Assembly (NCBI GenBank): GCA_021613535.1
Contig: CP075495.1
Location: forward strand, 3,348,001-3,412,000
Length of the DNA: 64,000 bases
Direction of reading: 5' to 3'
Source of the DNA: Adineta vaga
Taxonomy: Eukaryota > Animalia > Rotifera
In this document: in pieces, positions 13,784 to 27,015 of the stretch
Layout: the number at the start of each line of letters is the position of its first letter
Numbering within the stretch: position 1 is the first letter of the stretch
The notes under the pieces: model-generated
The model's database searches: none
What the model was told of the DNA's origin: nothing
Seen by the model: the letters and a program-made list of their open reading frames with translations, nothing else
Translations under genes and position numbers: made by a program

Positions 13784-15306
13784 CCTCTATCAGTCATTCA
13801 TAGAAGAATAAGATCGTTTCAGTTCTATTCAGTTTTTATTTATAAATATTGAATAAAACTAAAAGGTATAAGTAGGTTTTCTTCTTAGAATTATCAGGAA
13901 AGAAAATAAATCAATGAGAAGTCCGTTTGTATTGTCTACTTTTTTATTCTTCCCTTGAGAGTTCTAGGCAATATTATAGAAGGAAATGATTGATTTCTTT
14001 TCTATTTTTAATCGTTAAATTTCGAGAATTGTAAATAAGTTCACGTTGTAATTGTCTATCTAAAAAAAAGCGTTGATTAATCATCTAAACTCAACAGATT
14101 TGAAGTAACAAGGTTACTAGTGATAAAAAAACCCATCGAAGACGTATTTGTGTCTATTAAAGATAAGGACGACTAGTCGAAACGATGAGTTAAGAAGGCT
14201 GATAATGGGAAAAAAGTAGGATGTGAGAAAAAGCAAATCTATATGAAAGATAGAGGCGTAATTATGATAATATCATATATCATTATGATGGATCAACGAA
14301 ATTTTCTCATTTGAATCAGAAATAAACGATAATTTCAATATAAATCAAAAATTAAGTATCATAATACATCTACTACTGAAAATTCTCTCGAATGATTGAA
14401 TAACTTTATTAACTATCGAACATATAAATGTATTTTCTTACCATTATCTATCTACATAATGACTTTATCATTTTAGGAAGAAGTATTTTTATAATATTGA
14501 TTAATGAAAACTTCAATGTCATCTAAATTCATTGCTTGTAATTATTATTGAAATAGTTTTCCTGATCAATGATATTCTCGAGAAATTTTCAAAGAGATTT
14601 TCTTTTCTTTTTCAAACGATCTATCTGATTACTATTGTTCAGTGAATCGATTCGTATTTTGTGAAAATAAAAATACGATCTTAAAATTTAACAATATCAA
14701 GATTTAACTATCGTTAAATGTTTTCAAGAGAAAAAAGCCAACAGGTATATTCATTTAAAGTAATGATTTCGACAAAGAAAAGTCTATACGGTAAAATCAT
14801 TTCTTTTTACTGCTTTTTGTATGGAGATTTAAAAGATAACGACCTCTTTCGAAATATTTTGGATTTGAGTAAAAATCGGATCAACAAGAATTTACCATGT
14901 TGTATGCTTTCAGTGGATTTTATCAAGTTAGAAATCTCACCGTTCTATAGAAATATAATTATTTTCTTTTTTTTTCTCTCGTATATACATTATCAGAGTA
15001 TTATTGACAAGAAAGATATTTCTCGCTTATTCTTTTTAAATGTCGAAGTCATTTAGAATCAGGTTTTTCTCGTCTATTTTTTCATACAAAAGATCATTCT
15101 CGACAGGTAAGAAGAAATAGGAGATATAAAAACAACTCATTCATACTGCTTTAGTATATAATCTTTTTAATCCGTTATGAGAAAAAAAAGGAAAAAAATT
15201 TTGTATCATATAACTAATATATGGAAAAGAGTACATCCAATTATCTTTGATATAAAAAGAAAAAATGCGCGCGGAAAACGAGAAAAAAAAAGAAAAGGTT
15301 CAGATT

Positions 15307-15808
15307 CTATTTTTTCTCCTCTACACTGGTAGAAAACGTTTCCGATGAACTTGTTCGATGTAAAATTGTTGAAATAACTTTTCGATCATTATCATTTGTT
15401 GAAAACTGATGTAGAAAAGTTGTTTCATTCAAATTTGGATCAGTCATATGTCGTTTTTGTTGATGTTGTTCATGTTCATTATTTTGTTTCATATTCCAAT
15501 TTTTTAGCCAAACATTATGAAAAATTGACATGATACGATTGGTTTCATTGGATTTCATTTGTACTTGATTACAAAATGTTTCCCATCGATGTGTTGGTTC
15601 AACAGGTGTTTGTGGTTGATCTTGTTTTTTTAAACGATCAATAATTCGATAATCATTCGGATGAGTATAATTTTCTTTATTTATTCCAATCGATTGAGTT
15701 TTTAAACGTGCTTCAAATAATTGCCAATGTCGATCGTCAACACGTTGTCGTATTGATGACTGTTGATGTTCATGTGAAGAATCTAATTCAGTCGTTGAAG
15801 TTGACATA
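15307..15808 (-). CDS. Uncharacterised hydrophilic protein (about 166 aa)
   Basis: Open frame from MSTSTTELD, with a pyrimidine-rich acceptor just upstream. No recognisable domain. Confidence 0.5.
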
Positions 15809-16593
15809 AGAGTTCTAGAAAAAGAAAAACAGGTAAATTTCATCTGATAATGTAACAAGATATCCTTTCCTTCTTTAATGACCTTGAAAAAGAAAAGAAA
15901 TTTCTAATGGAATCTCTCTTCTTCTTCTTCTTCTTTTTTTTCTAGTAAATGTCTGCGACTAAGCATCTTAGAAGGAATAGACATAGAATATGACTCGATT
16001 TCTTTCTTTTTCTGTCTCATTTTGTTTTTGTCTCAGCTTCTGTTTTGTTTTTTTTTTCGTTTGCAAATATTCACTCATACAGTAAAAAGAGAAGAAAAAA
16101 GAAAAAGTAATGAGCGAACGAACAAATGAATATTTTATTCTAATAAAGATCGATAAGATTGACATGTAAAAGTAAAAATAAGAATTACAAATAATAAACG
16201 ACGTTTTTACGTATATACATTCATTTATGGTTGTTTGAACTAACCTTGAGCACATCATTTTTAAGCTTGTTATTGTTACCAGTCCGAGTCATACATTTTT
16301 TTTCTCATTCTTTCGTCCCGTTTCTTTTTTTTTCTTCTCCTATATGGAATTGACATAAGCATCAAAAAAAAAAGAAGAAAGAGAAGTAGAGAACACGAAA
16401 GAAACAATATTTAGAATCAATGTTATTCAATATATATATGTTCTGTTCTTTTCTCTCTTTACTATTCACTCATTTAAATATAAGAATAATCTACAGAGAT
16501 TATAATTAATAAATGATCAAAAGACAATCCGAAAGAGAAAAGAAAAGACTTTTTTTTAGATTATTGTTTTTTCATTGATCGATCTTGATTCTC

Positions 16594-17581
16594 ATGCACG
16601 TGATTTTGTTTTTAATCATCTGTTTGACATTAGTCAATGGCAATTGTAATTTTCCATCAAAGGAAACACAAGTTCTACAAGATAAAATGAAAAATTGGGG
16701 AATCTATAAGAAAATGTAAATAGATGTTTGATTTAATTATTGTTTATGAAATTAGATGATGTATTTTAGTTATTCAGTCACAAGTCAAACATCAACATAT
16801 CAAATTGGAATATGTTTATCGCTTAATAATTCTATTAGTGATACAGCTATTCTTCAAAAGGAAAAGAATGAATCGTTTATTCTCGGTCAAGTAAATCAAT
16901 CGAATCTTATTGGAACAGGTTATTTCTTATAATTCAATTTGAAATATTTCGAATTTTCTTTCGTTTTTTTTCTCCAGATCAATGGTTACTTTTAACATAT
17001 AAAAATGGCAGTCAATATAAGAATATCTGTAATAATAAAACACGTTCAGCTTGGATTATTTTCATTTGTGGACAAACTTTAGTATGTATATTTTGTAAAA
17101 GATAATTCTCTATAATAAAGACTTTTGTTGAACGAGAAGTACTTATATTTTCTTTTTCGATGCTATCTTAGGGTAGAATTACAGTTATTGAAGAGACTTG
17201 TAATTATGTGTTTGAATTTCAACTCCCTGGATTATGTTCATCTATGCCGGTAACTAAAAAGAGCATGAGTGGTAGTGCAATATTTTTCATCATGTAAATT
17301 ACTAATAATTATCGTTTCATTTCCTATATTCTCTTATTTTTAGTCTTCTATGTTTAGCTAGTTCATATTTAATTGGTGGCTTTTTCTATATGCGTATTAA
17401 ACATGGTGCTCGTGGTATTGATCAAATACCAAATTTAGATATGTGGCGTCAAATAGGCAATTTTATTGCTGAAAAATGTCCTTTCTGTCGTTTTTGTCAA
17501 ACAAATACGTCACAAACTGGTTATCTTTTTCAAGACACAGGAGCTGATCTACATGGTGATGATGATATTCTTGCACCATAG
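16594..17581 (+). CDS. M6PR: Cation-dependent mannose-6-phosphate receptor-like, 5 exons
   Basis: Signal peptide MHVILFLIICLTLVNG. MRH-like cysteines (YQIGIC, ICNNKTRSAWIIFIC, CNYVFEF...LC). TM followed by YLIGGFFYMR...GARGIDQIPN. Acidic-dileucine-type tail DDDILAP. Confidence 0.8.
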
Positions 17582-17876
17582 TTAAACAAAACTGAATAGA
17601 TATATCTCAGATAAAGAAGCACAACTTTAGGTTGTTTTTTCTTCGTCTTTGGCTAATGTATATTGATCAATTACATTCTTGTGTGAGAAAGAGAGAAAAA
17701 AACGCGTTTTGTGTCTTTGATAAGCTTCTTATTCTGTTTTGTTATTGTTCATTTTACAAGTAAAACGTGAATAAAACTAAAGCAACTTGAAAAATGCATT
17801 GTTTTCTTTGTTTTTCTTATTAGAATATTTTCGAAATATTAATAAATCTTCCTTTGTTTTTTAGTCAATTCTAGTC

Positions 17877-19095
17877 ATGGAAATTGATCAACCATTACAA
17901 TCAATTCGATATCAACGTGGTTCGTTATTGATTTTAGATCAATTGAAATTACCAGAAGAAAGTGTCTATATTGCAATCAATACAATCGATGATGCATGGA
18001 AAGCAATTCATACAATGTCAATACGAGGTATATTGATGAAAAGAATAATTCATTTATCATTATTGAACTCTTTCTATTTCTATTTAAGGTGCATCAGCCA
18101 TTGCTGTATGTGGTGTATTAAGTGTTGCTGTTGAATTGTATCATTCACGGACAAAATTTGATTCGATATCATCCGTTTTACAATTTGTAACCGATCAATT
18201 AAATTATTTAATAACAGCTCGACCGACTGCATTTAATATGACTGAAGCCGCAAAAATGATTATTGATTATTTAATTCCATTAAGTACTAAACAACAAAAT
18301 TTACCATCGTATATAAACGAATTACTTGATTTCATGGAACAAAGTCTTCAACGTGATCTTGATCATAATCATTCAATTGGTCAATTAGGTGCTGAATATA
18401 TTTATCAACATATAACAACGAAAAGAAAATTAACAATTTTAACACATGCAAATACGGGTTCATTAGCAACAGTTGGTTTTGGTACAGCTCTTGGAATTAT
18501 TCGACAATTAGCTACAAATAATCTTCTTCAATTAGTTTATTTTACTGAAACACGACCATATAATCAAGGTTCAAAGGTTAACTGCTTATGAATTAATAAA
18601 TGATCGTATTCCACATACTATGATATGTGATTCAATGGCTGGTCTTCTTATGCGAACACAACCAATTCATGCTGTTATTGTTGGTGCTGTACGAATAACA
18701 GCAAATGGTGATATTGCAAATAAAATTGGAACATATCAATTAGCGATCCTTGCTAAACATCATGATATTCCATTCTATGTTGCAGCATCTACAACGTCAA
18801 TAGATTTAACAAAACGAACGGGTAATCAAATTGTTATCGAACAACGTCCATCAAGTGAAATGACAACAATTAAAGGAATGAATATAGCCGCAGAAGGTAA
18901 AAGATATTGATAGAATGAATGAATAATCGTTTATCTTATTTTATATTAGGTGTTCAAGTATGGAATCCGGCATTTGATATAACACCTGCTCAATTAATAA
19001 CTAGTATCATTACAGAACATGGTGTATTTAAACCTGATGAACTTGAAGAGAAACTTCTAGCTTTGCAACGAACAGTAAAATGTCCAATCTCGTGA
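17877..19095 (+). pseudogene. MRI1: Methylthioribose-1-phosphate isomerase with +1 frameshift and substituted catalytic residues
   Basis: LDQLKLP, IRGA, ARPTA, TH[A]NTGSLAT.GFGTALG, ETRPYNQG, GA[V][22 protein letters not shown]. An extra A in 18573-18575 breaks GSRLTAYEL. Confidence 0.75.
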
Positions 19096-19321
19096 TGTAG
19101 TCGACAAATCAATAAAACAATAATGTATTTCTTCTGTTTTTTTGTTGTATATCCTTTTTTAAGTTTAGTTTCTTACTATATTTTATGGTAATAAAATAAA
19201 TGAGTAAATAAAATATGGTAATTTTAGTGTGAATAAATCTTTTCAAAAATGAACGATTATATTTATTTATATCAACTATGAAAATTGATTCTAGAGAAGT
19301 TGATTTTTATATGTTTGTTTT

Positions 19322-19696
19322 TTAAATTCGATTATTTCGATCACATTCAAGTTGACATTCTCGAACAAGAATACGTGCAGATGCAATAGCACGTCGTAAG
19401 CGTTCAGCAGAATTTTTATTTCCTGCATATGTTGGCTTGATATCTTTGCCCATTTCTTCAATAATATTCAATAATTGACCATATTTAGATTGATGTATAT
19501 GACGCGATTGAACAACAGACGGAATAGGAGCAGTTAGTTGAGGTTTATGTACAAGTGACGAATTGGGTAGTTGAGGAGAAGAAGATTGTACTATATTGAT
19601 TGGTGCTGCTGGATTGAGAATAGGTCGCGAAGATGAAGCAGGCGATTGTTGTTGTTGTTGTTGTGGTGGTGGTGGTTTACGAATAGATAGATCCAT
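19322..19696 (-). CDS. CDK2AP1: CDK2-associated protein 1/2 (DOC-1) homolog
   Basis: [45 protein letters not shown]. Confidence 0.9.
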   Translation of the reverse strand: MDLSIRKPPPPQQQQQQSPASSSRPILNPAAPINIVQSSSPQLPNSSLVHKPQLTAPIPSVVQSRHIHQSKYGQLLNIIEEMGKDIKPTYAGNKNSAERLRRAIASARILVRECQLECDRNNRI

Positions 19697-19812
19697 TGTA
19701 TTAACGATAATCTAAAAATAATTAACTATTCAAGCGTTATATCTATTGTCATTTTTTTAAGATAGAGATTGTTAAATATTATTTTCGTAGAATAAAGAAA
19801 AAAAAACTTCTT

Positions 19813-22800
19813 TCATGCTGAAGGACGACATGGTGGTAAACGTGTAGGAACAGATAATTGATGTTGAGGAAGAGTAATAAATGGACTATCTAATTCAAGA
19901 ATTTGTAATTGACAAAGTAAATTTAATAAAGATTCCATATCTTCACGAGCATAGAAACTATCCATCTAGAATAAACCAAGGATAATTCGAAACGTTTTTT
20001 TCTTCTTATTATTATTACTTCTCTATGTAAAAGAATATTATAACCATCATTCCAACATGACATATCATAATCATTTTCACATAATAATGAATATGTTGTA
20101 TCATTTTGAAGATAAATTGTTACACTCGTATGTGCATTACTCTATGAAAATAAACAAATTTTTCGATTGTTTATTTGAAATATAGAACATATTTACATGT
20201 CGAGATAATTTTCCAGTACGTTCTTGAGTTGTAAAACTACCTGAACGTAATTGATCAATGTTCGATTGAACATCTCGAATATTTTCAAGTGGAACTATAT
20301 TAATAAAGTAAAATGATTTATTTGAATATATATATTCTTCACATACTCATCGTTCGAGTTAAACTTGTTGTTGAATTACTATTTACAAGACTTTCTTTAA
20401 CAGTTGTAGGTGTTGATTCACTACATTGAACATGTTTTTCATTATCAAGTAATTGCCAAAACATTAAACGATCTAAATTATGGATTCTGTCAAATGAAAA
20501 TTACAGAATAAATAAAAATTTACTTTTCGTTTTCTTTGCCCCAGGACGACTTTCAATTGTCATAAATATTTGACCTTTTTTCATTGTTTTAAGACGAGCC
20601 TGACGTGTTAATAATTCTACATGTGATCTTAAACGTTCTTTTAATGTCCTTTGAAAATAAAAGTACACATCATTTTTCTTTTCTCAATTTTCATCCATTG
20701 AATATCTTACTCAACAATTGGTAATCTCATAATTGTTTCTTCACGTTTTAATTCTTGTTCATCACGTCGTTTACATATATCTTTATAATTATGAATATTT
20801 AATCTTTCTATAAAATAATCAAATGTAAATTTTTGTAGAACACTTGATGTTATTGATGTATTTAACATTGTTTTAGTTATTGGTGATGATATTGTTTGAT
20901 TCATTGATGGTGATATCAATGTTTTATTATTTATTATTAATGAAGAATTTGTTAGACTAATATCATTAAGTGATTGAGATATTTGTTGATATACAACCGC
21001 ACTAACCTAATGTTCGAGTAATGAGAAAATAACGATCGTAAGTTATTTAATCGAAGAATGAAACATACCACTTGAAAGTCAACATCACAAGCACGCATTT
21101 CTTTCCATGTTTTATTGAATAATAATAAACAACGTACAAATGCTTGTTCAAAGAATGAAGATGTAATATAGAAAAGTAGAAAATAATCGTCATGATTTTG
21201 ATGTCGAGTTGCTAAAAACGAATTTTTATTTCAAAAATAATATTGAGATATGGATATTTACGTTCGATACCAATTGAAAACAATGTACAAAGAATTCGTG
21301 TTATTTCAATTGCTGATTTAACTAATGGACATTGTTGTTGAAGAGTTTTACAGGAATTTTCCAGAACAAACTACATTAACAAATGTGTAAATGAAATGAA
21401 TGAAAGAGATTCATACTCGAATATAATCATTTTTTTGATGAATACAAAAATAGAATAAATTTTGTAAAGATAAAATACCAGGTGGAATAGTTTCAAAATC
21501 TTTTATTGGCTCTCGAAGATCCTAAAAGTAAAGGAGTTTGAAGTTTAGAGACTTTTATTTTTCTTTCGAGTAGATCTCATACTTGAAATCCAAGTCGTTC
21601 ATAATCACGTTGTAAAGCTTCGACTCGTCGAGGATTTGCTATTGATTCATTCATATTTATTGATGTTATTCGTACATTTAAATCTTGACAACTTTGATCC
21701 GATAATAACAAATCTGTATCGAATGCACTTCGTCGTAATTCTGTTATCATATCTCGATATTTCTATAATGAAACAAGATGTAACATAGAAGAATATTCCA
21801 TATTAGATACAAATTCTTACTAAATCAGGTCGATCGATTGATGTGTTCATCGAATTTGTATAGATTTCATTGAGATAAAATCGTTGTAAAAGACATAATT
21901 GTTGAATCAATGATGTTCGAGTCAGATGCTGCAATAGAATAGTAAACATAAAAATCATATCAATTGCAAAATAATTGACAGTAATAAAAGCAAACTACGA
22001 AATCATCAATAATCTCTCACTTTATACAAAAAGAAGATTAGGAAGTTCTTATAACGAAAAGAAATCAATACTAACTCGTGTGGATTGTATCAAATTATCT
22101 ACAGATGTAAATGAATCGTTACCCGAAGGTTCATCCTGTGGAAAAGAAAATATTTTTCAAAAGATCACAAAATGATCTAAAAGTCTTACATGACTAATAA
22201 TCGATTGTACAAGTTCACGAAGACGAAGAGTAACGATTGTATTTGACATTGACATTACCAATGACTAATAATAAACGATAATGAAACAGTTTTTTACGAG
22301 AAAAACATTTCACTTACAGAACGAATCATTTGATCACCTTTATTCATAAGAAGATTAATCAATGCTAATGCATAATATTGTGTTTCAATATCTTGATGTC
22401 TAGATAGAAAAAAATCTTTCGTTTTTTATTGTTGACCGTTTTTTTTCTCATTGAATTATTCTTACTTGCTACAATAATCAAGTAAATGTCCTATTTGAAG
22501 TGTTTGAATAATATTTGATGAATATTTCGATTCATTATTCAAGATCGAATCTAGAATCATCATTGCTGATGATGAATGTAAACGAGTGATTTTTGATTGA
22601 TTGATACCAGTTACTAACTAAATTATCTATAGATAGATATTATTTAGGATATTCTACTTGTTTTACCAGATCAATGATAACAGCGATCGATTCAAGATTA
22701 TCCCAATCAATTGCTTGTTGATTAACCATGATATTATGAAGTGATCGAAGTAAATTTGGTGTCAAATTTTCAAAACTAAAATTTAATTTTATAATCTACG

Positions 22801-23517
22801 TTAACAATCAATGAATTTTACTTATTTGATTTTTCATCATTGATAAATAGTTTTAATAAATATTGAAGACCATTTTGTTGAACAAATTCGCATGCAAATG
22901 TTTCATCTTCACCAGCTAATTTTAAACGTTCAAGTGCAGTTGAATCATATCGATGATAATCAGTTGATGTTAAATATTTCAATAGATCTTGAACTTCATC
23001 TTCCTACGAAGAAAAACAAAATTGATTTTCATTGAAAAGAAAAACTTTGCAAGTCAATTTACATGCGAAAGTGAAAGATAGAAAACTTGACCCGTTGGAA
23101 TTTGTAAACGATTCTAAAAGATTTGCCAATATACTTAAGCAAATCGACTGAATCTAATTCTTTTACTTGTTCAGTCACGAATTTATGAGTATCATCATAT
23201 CGAAGTGCATAATGAATTGAATTTGATTGAGGAATTTTCCAGCTATGAGAAAAAGATGTATGAAGAAATCAAAACATTTTATATTACTCTTCACATATTT
23301 TAGAAATATAATCATTGAGTGGAACGTTCTTCGAAAATAGAAATTAGTTTAAAAAAAAAAGAAGATAGTTCATCGAATGTTTAGTTAGAAAAATACAAAC
23401 TGGATCGAGTTCAATTAGTTTTGGATGACGAGGACTACTTGGAGATGAGAGACCGATTGCAACAGAATTTTTCCAATGTACACCAATTTTAAGTTTATTG
23501 TTGGATGCTCGTGCCAT
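19813..23517 (-). CDS. ELMO: Engulfment and cell motility protein (ELMO/CED-12), many short exons
   Basis: N-terminal PKLIELDP...YALRYD, ETFACEFV, DYERLGFQ...PPG, QAFVRCLLLFNKTWKEMRA, PH-like region, C-terminal Pro-rich VPTRLPP. Confidence 0.8.
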
Positions 23518-24127
23518 TCGTATATTTCTTTCTGTTTCGAACTCACAAAGTCAGTTAACTGTTACAAGACATCGAATGCGCATGTGTGTGTTCGTTCGAT
23601 ATGGATTGATAACGATGGAATTTAATATGACAAGAGAAGAGAGAAGAGAGTGAGTGTAGTGATGTATGTATACATTTCATTTTTATGTCCAATCATCAGA
23701 TATTACCTATAGTTGTCGTTAATAACATGAAAGATTTATATAGGTAGATTTTTCAAACTTTTCTATATAAGAGAATAGAGTCGAAAGGTCAAACAGTAAT
23801 TGATTGGAGTAGTGAGACATCAATTAAAAAAATCTCTGATCATAATGAACTTCTTTATTAGTTTGTTAATGTTCTTGGACGCCTCCGAGTTGACTTTTAA
23901 TCGTTCTATTAACGACAGTCTCCGATTCGTTATTTATTGAATTCATCGGTGATATTTTCAAAAGATTAATGCACATATGTCAATTGAACTTTAATACCTT
24001 TGTTATTGTTTTCTTTATTATTACAATTATATCGATTGCATAGAACAAATTATCTAAATAATTACAAAAAAAGAAAAGAAAACGAAGAGAAAATTGAAGA
24101 AAAAAGGAAAACATAATAATAATCAGA

Positions 24128-25829
24128 TCATGATTCGAATGTTGTTTCTTCAGTTGATACTGGAGACAATCGATTCGTTGCTAGATTTGTTCCATCACTA
24201 TTTGAACGTTGACATAATTCTTCTAATAATGAAACCACATGACTTGTTTGTTTTTCTAATCCAATTAATTTTGTTTCTAATCGTTGGACTTTAGCATTCA
24301 ATGTTAATTGTTCACGATCTTTATCCGATAAAACAATGGGATATGTTTTCGGTAAACCTAATGTTTGATCTAAACGTCGTTGAATATCAGCTAATGTATA
24401 CATAACCTTTAAATTTCCTTGTGCATTTTCATCCATAATATCTTTAAAATCATATGGTTTATGTGCTTGACGAAATTTTCGTTTGGCAACATGATATTTG
24501 ATAATACGTAACATTCGAATAGCAACACGTTGATTAGCATCAAGATCTTCGGCTTTTTCGATCTTACGCCATGATATTTTATCTAAGGGTAATCCATTTG
24601 ATGAAAAATTAAAAAGATTCTGTCCACTACGCACACGTGGTGTACCATTACCACTATTTGTATTACTCATACTAAATGGCGAACCTAAATGTCGATTGAA
24701 TTTATTGGATCGTTTTGTTTCAATACGATAGATACGCCATGTAGCTGGCAGATTTGGACGACGTGATGCAACTAAACGCCACCAATTTTGAATTAAATTT
24801 GCAGCAGCTGGAACCAAACGATTGAATTGCTTTTCACGTTTTTTTTGTTCGACTTTTAAAGCAAAACCTGAACCAATAATACCCGATGGTAATGTCCAAA
24901 ATGCAACACCACAAATACATAAACATGATGTAATCATTTTACCGATATATGTCCGTGGACATTTATCACCATAACCAATTGTTGCCTAAAATAGTATTTC
25001 TAACAATAAAACAACCAACAAATATAACTACGCATTAACTTACCATTGTTACAATAGCCCACCAAAGTGTATCAGCAAAACTATGAAACATATCTTCACC
25101 AGGTGGTTTAGTTTCATCTTTTTCTACTAACCATATTAAATAAGCGACAACAATTAAGAAAATAAAACAAAAATAGAGTGTTGCAATTAATTCATAACGA
25201 TGATCATAAACAACTGAACCAAGTAAACGCCATGATGTTAAACGTCGATCAACATGAAGAAACCGAAGAATTTGTAATATTCGAACATATCTTACTAATT
25301 GAATACTAAATTGTGTATAACTTAAACCAATACATAAAAGAACAGCATAACCAATAATAACACATAGATCAACAATACACATTGCCTTACGCATGAACAA
25401 GAATCGACCCTGACGACCTCGATATTTACTTCGACAACCTGATGACCAAACACGAACAATATATTCAATGAGAAATAAAACAAAAAGTACAGATTCAATC
25501 CAAAATAGAATTGAATAGGATTGTTCAATATAAACCGTTAATATGGAACTGTAGACAAGACAACCAATAACAATAACAAAAACAGTAAAATGATATAAAA
25601 AACATGATATACCACATGGACGTTCAAGAAAATTATAAATACGTGCTTGAATTGGATTACTAAAACGTTTAAAGGATGTATGATGACTTAATGGTGAACC
25701 AAAATCAGCTTCTTCATCATAATTTGTTTGGATAGATAATCGACTTGGTCGTCGATGAACAATTGTTGGTGCTGATAGGTAATTTTCATCTGTAGGCACA
25801 GGTGTAAATTGATGTAATGAACTCTTCAT
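24128..25829 (-). CDS. KCNQ: KCNQ (Kv7, KCNQ1-like) voltage-gated potassium channel, 2 coding exons
   Basis: IYNFLERP, VRVWSSGCRSKY, LQILRFLHVDRR...WRLLGSVV, pore WWAIVTM|ATIGYGDKCP, IQNWWR, KPYDFKDI. Confidence 0.9.
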
Positions 25830-27015
25830 TATTTAGTTTCGTTAGATCATTGTACTGTACAATAAAATAAAAAAAGAAATAGACAAATAAAATATAGAGA
25901 AAGAAAAAATTGTGAGATTAGACACGACTATGATTTGAACAATGGGAATTAATACCAGATGTTTTTCATTTTCATTCTTTTGTTATATAATTAAATCAAT
26001 CGGATTGAAAATAATAGGGAATAAAAACGAACAATTTCTTTCAACCTCGATGAGCAACTGATAAGAGATTCTTTTTTTCTTCGTCTTGTATATTCTTAGA
26101 GTATATTACAATACCTGGTTAGAATGATGATGATTTGGTAGTCTTTTTTGCACAGTATTATTCTCCAAGGACGACGCTGTTGCATCCCCGATATATATAT
26201 ATATATATGCAATGTGTCTGTGCCACGCTAGTCGAAAACCTTCACTGCCGACCTACAAGCTTCTTTTTTTCCTTCGCTCGTTTCATATTTTTCTCACGTT
26301 TTTTCTTTCTTCGTTACAAGGCTCCTATTGACAATAGTTTATGTTACTTTACGAAATATACCTGATCATCGTTTGCATATCTTCTCTTTCTTTTCTTTTT
26401 TTGCCATTCGTACTATTAGCAAACGAAAGAAAACAAGACCCATTACATCCTTCTTATTCAATAGATATTAGCTAATTGAAGAACGTGAAAATAACAACAA
26501 TCAAATTCTCATTCACTCTTTAACCCTTTGATTACAAGACCCGTATATATGTGTGTGCTACTATCGATATTTTAATACATTTCGAAAAATGCTTAGATTT
26601 AACAACAAAAGTTTATTTCAACATTTTTTTATGAAAGAAAAAACCTTTCCATCGGAATTAAAAATCCAGCAATCAAAGGGTTAAAAAGATTAACATCGTT
26701 TTTCACTTACACGAATTATATTGTCTCTTTCTTTTATCATAAACATATGTTTGTGATGATGATGATGATGACATCATCCAAAATCTTGTTATCTCACGAG
26801 TTTTTACCTTTTTCTTTTCGCAATCATCAAAATAAAAAGGGAGTAATACTTCAATCGATATTTTTCTTATTATTATAACAAAGACACCTGACTGTACAAA
26901 AAAGGAAGAAGAAGAAGAAAAAAAAACATCACACGCAATATTGGCTCAAAATTATAAAACAAATCGAATTTCCTAAAAAAAAGATAAAATGAAAATTTTC
27001 CAAAAACAGAAAAGT

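Noticed and set aside
14718-15056. 112-aa ORF
   Set aside because: F/I/K-rich composition typical of AT-rich noncoding DNA, with no motif.
15860-15868. ATATCCTTT resembling a U12 5' splice site (similar strings in KIF6 and VPS53 introns)
   Set aside because: Not at exon boundaries of any supported gene. The introns concerned are canonical GT-AG.
18560-18620. An intron explaining the MRI1 frame break
   Set aside because: Conserved residues run continuously on both sides (NQGS / RLTAYEL), leaving no sequence to excise.
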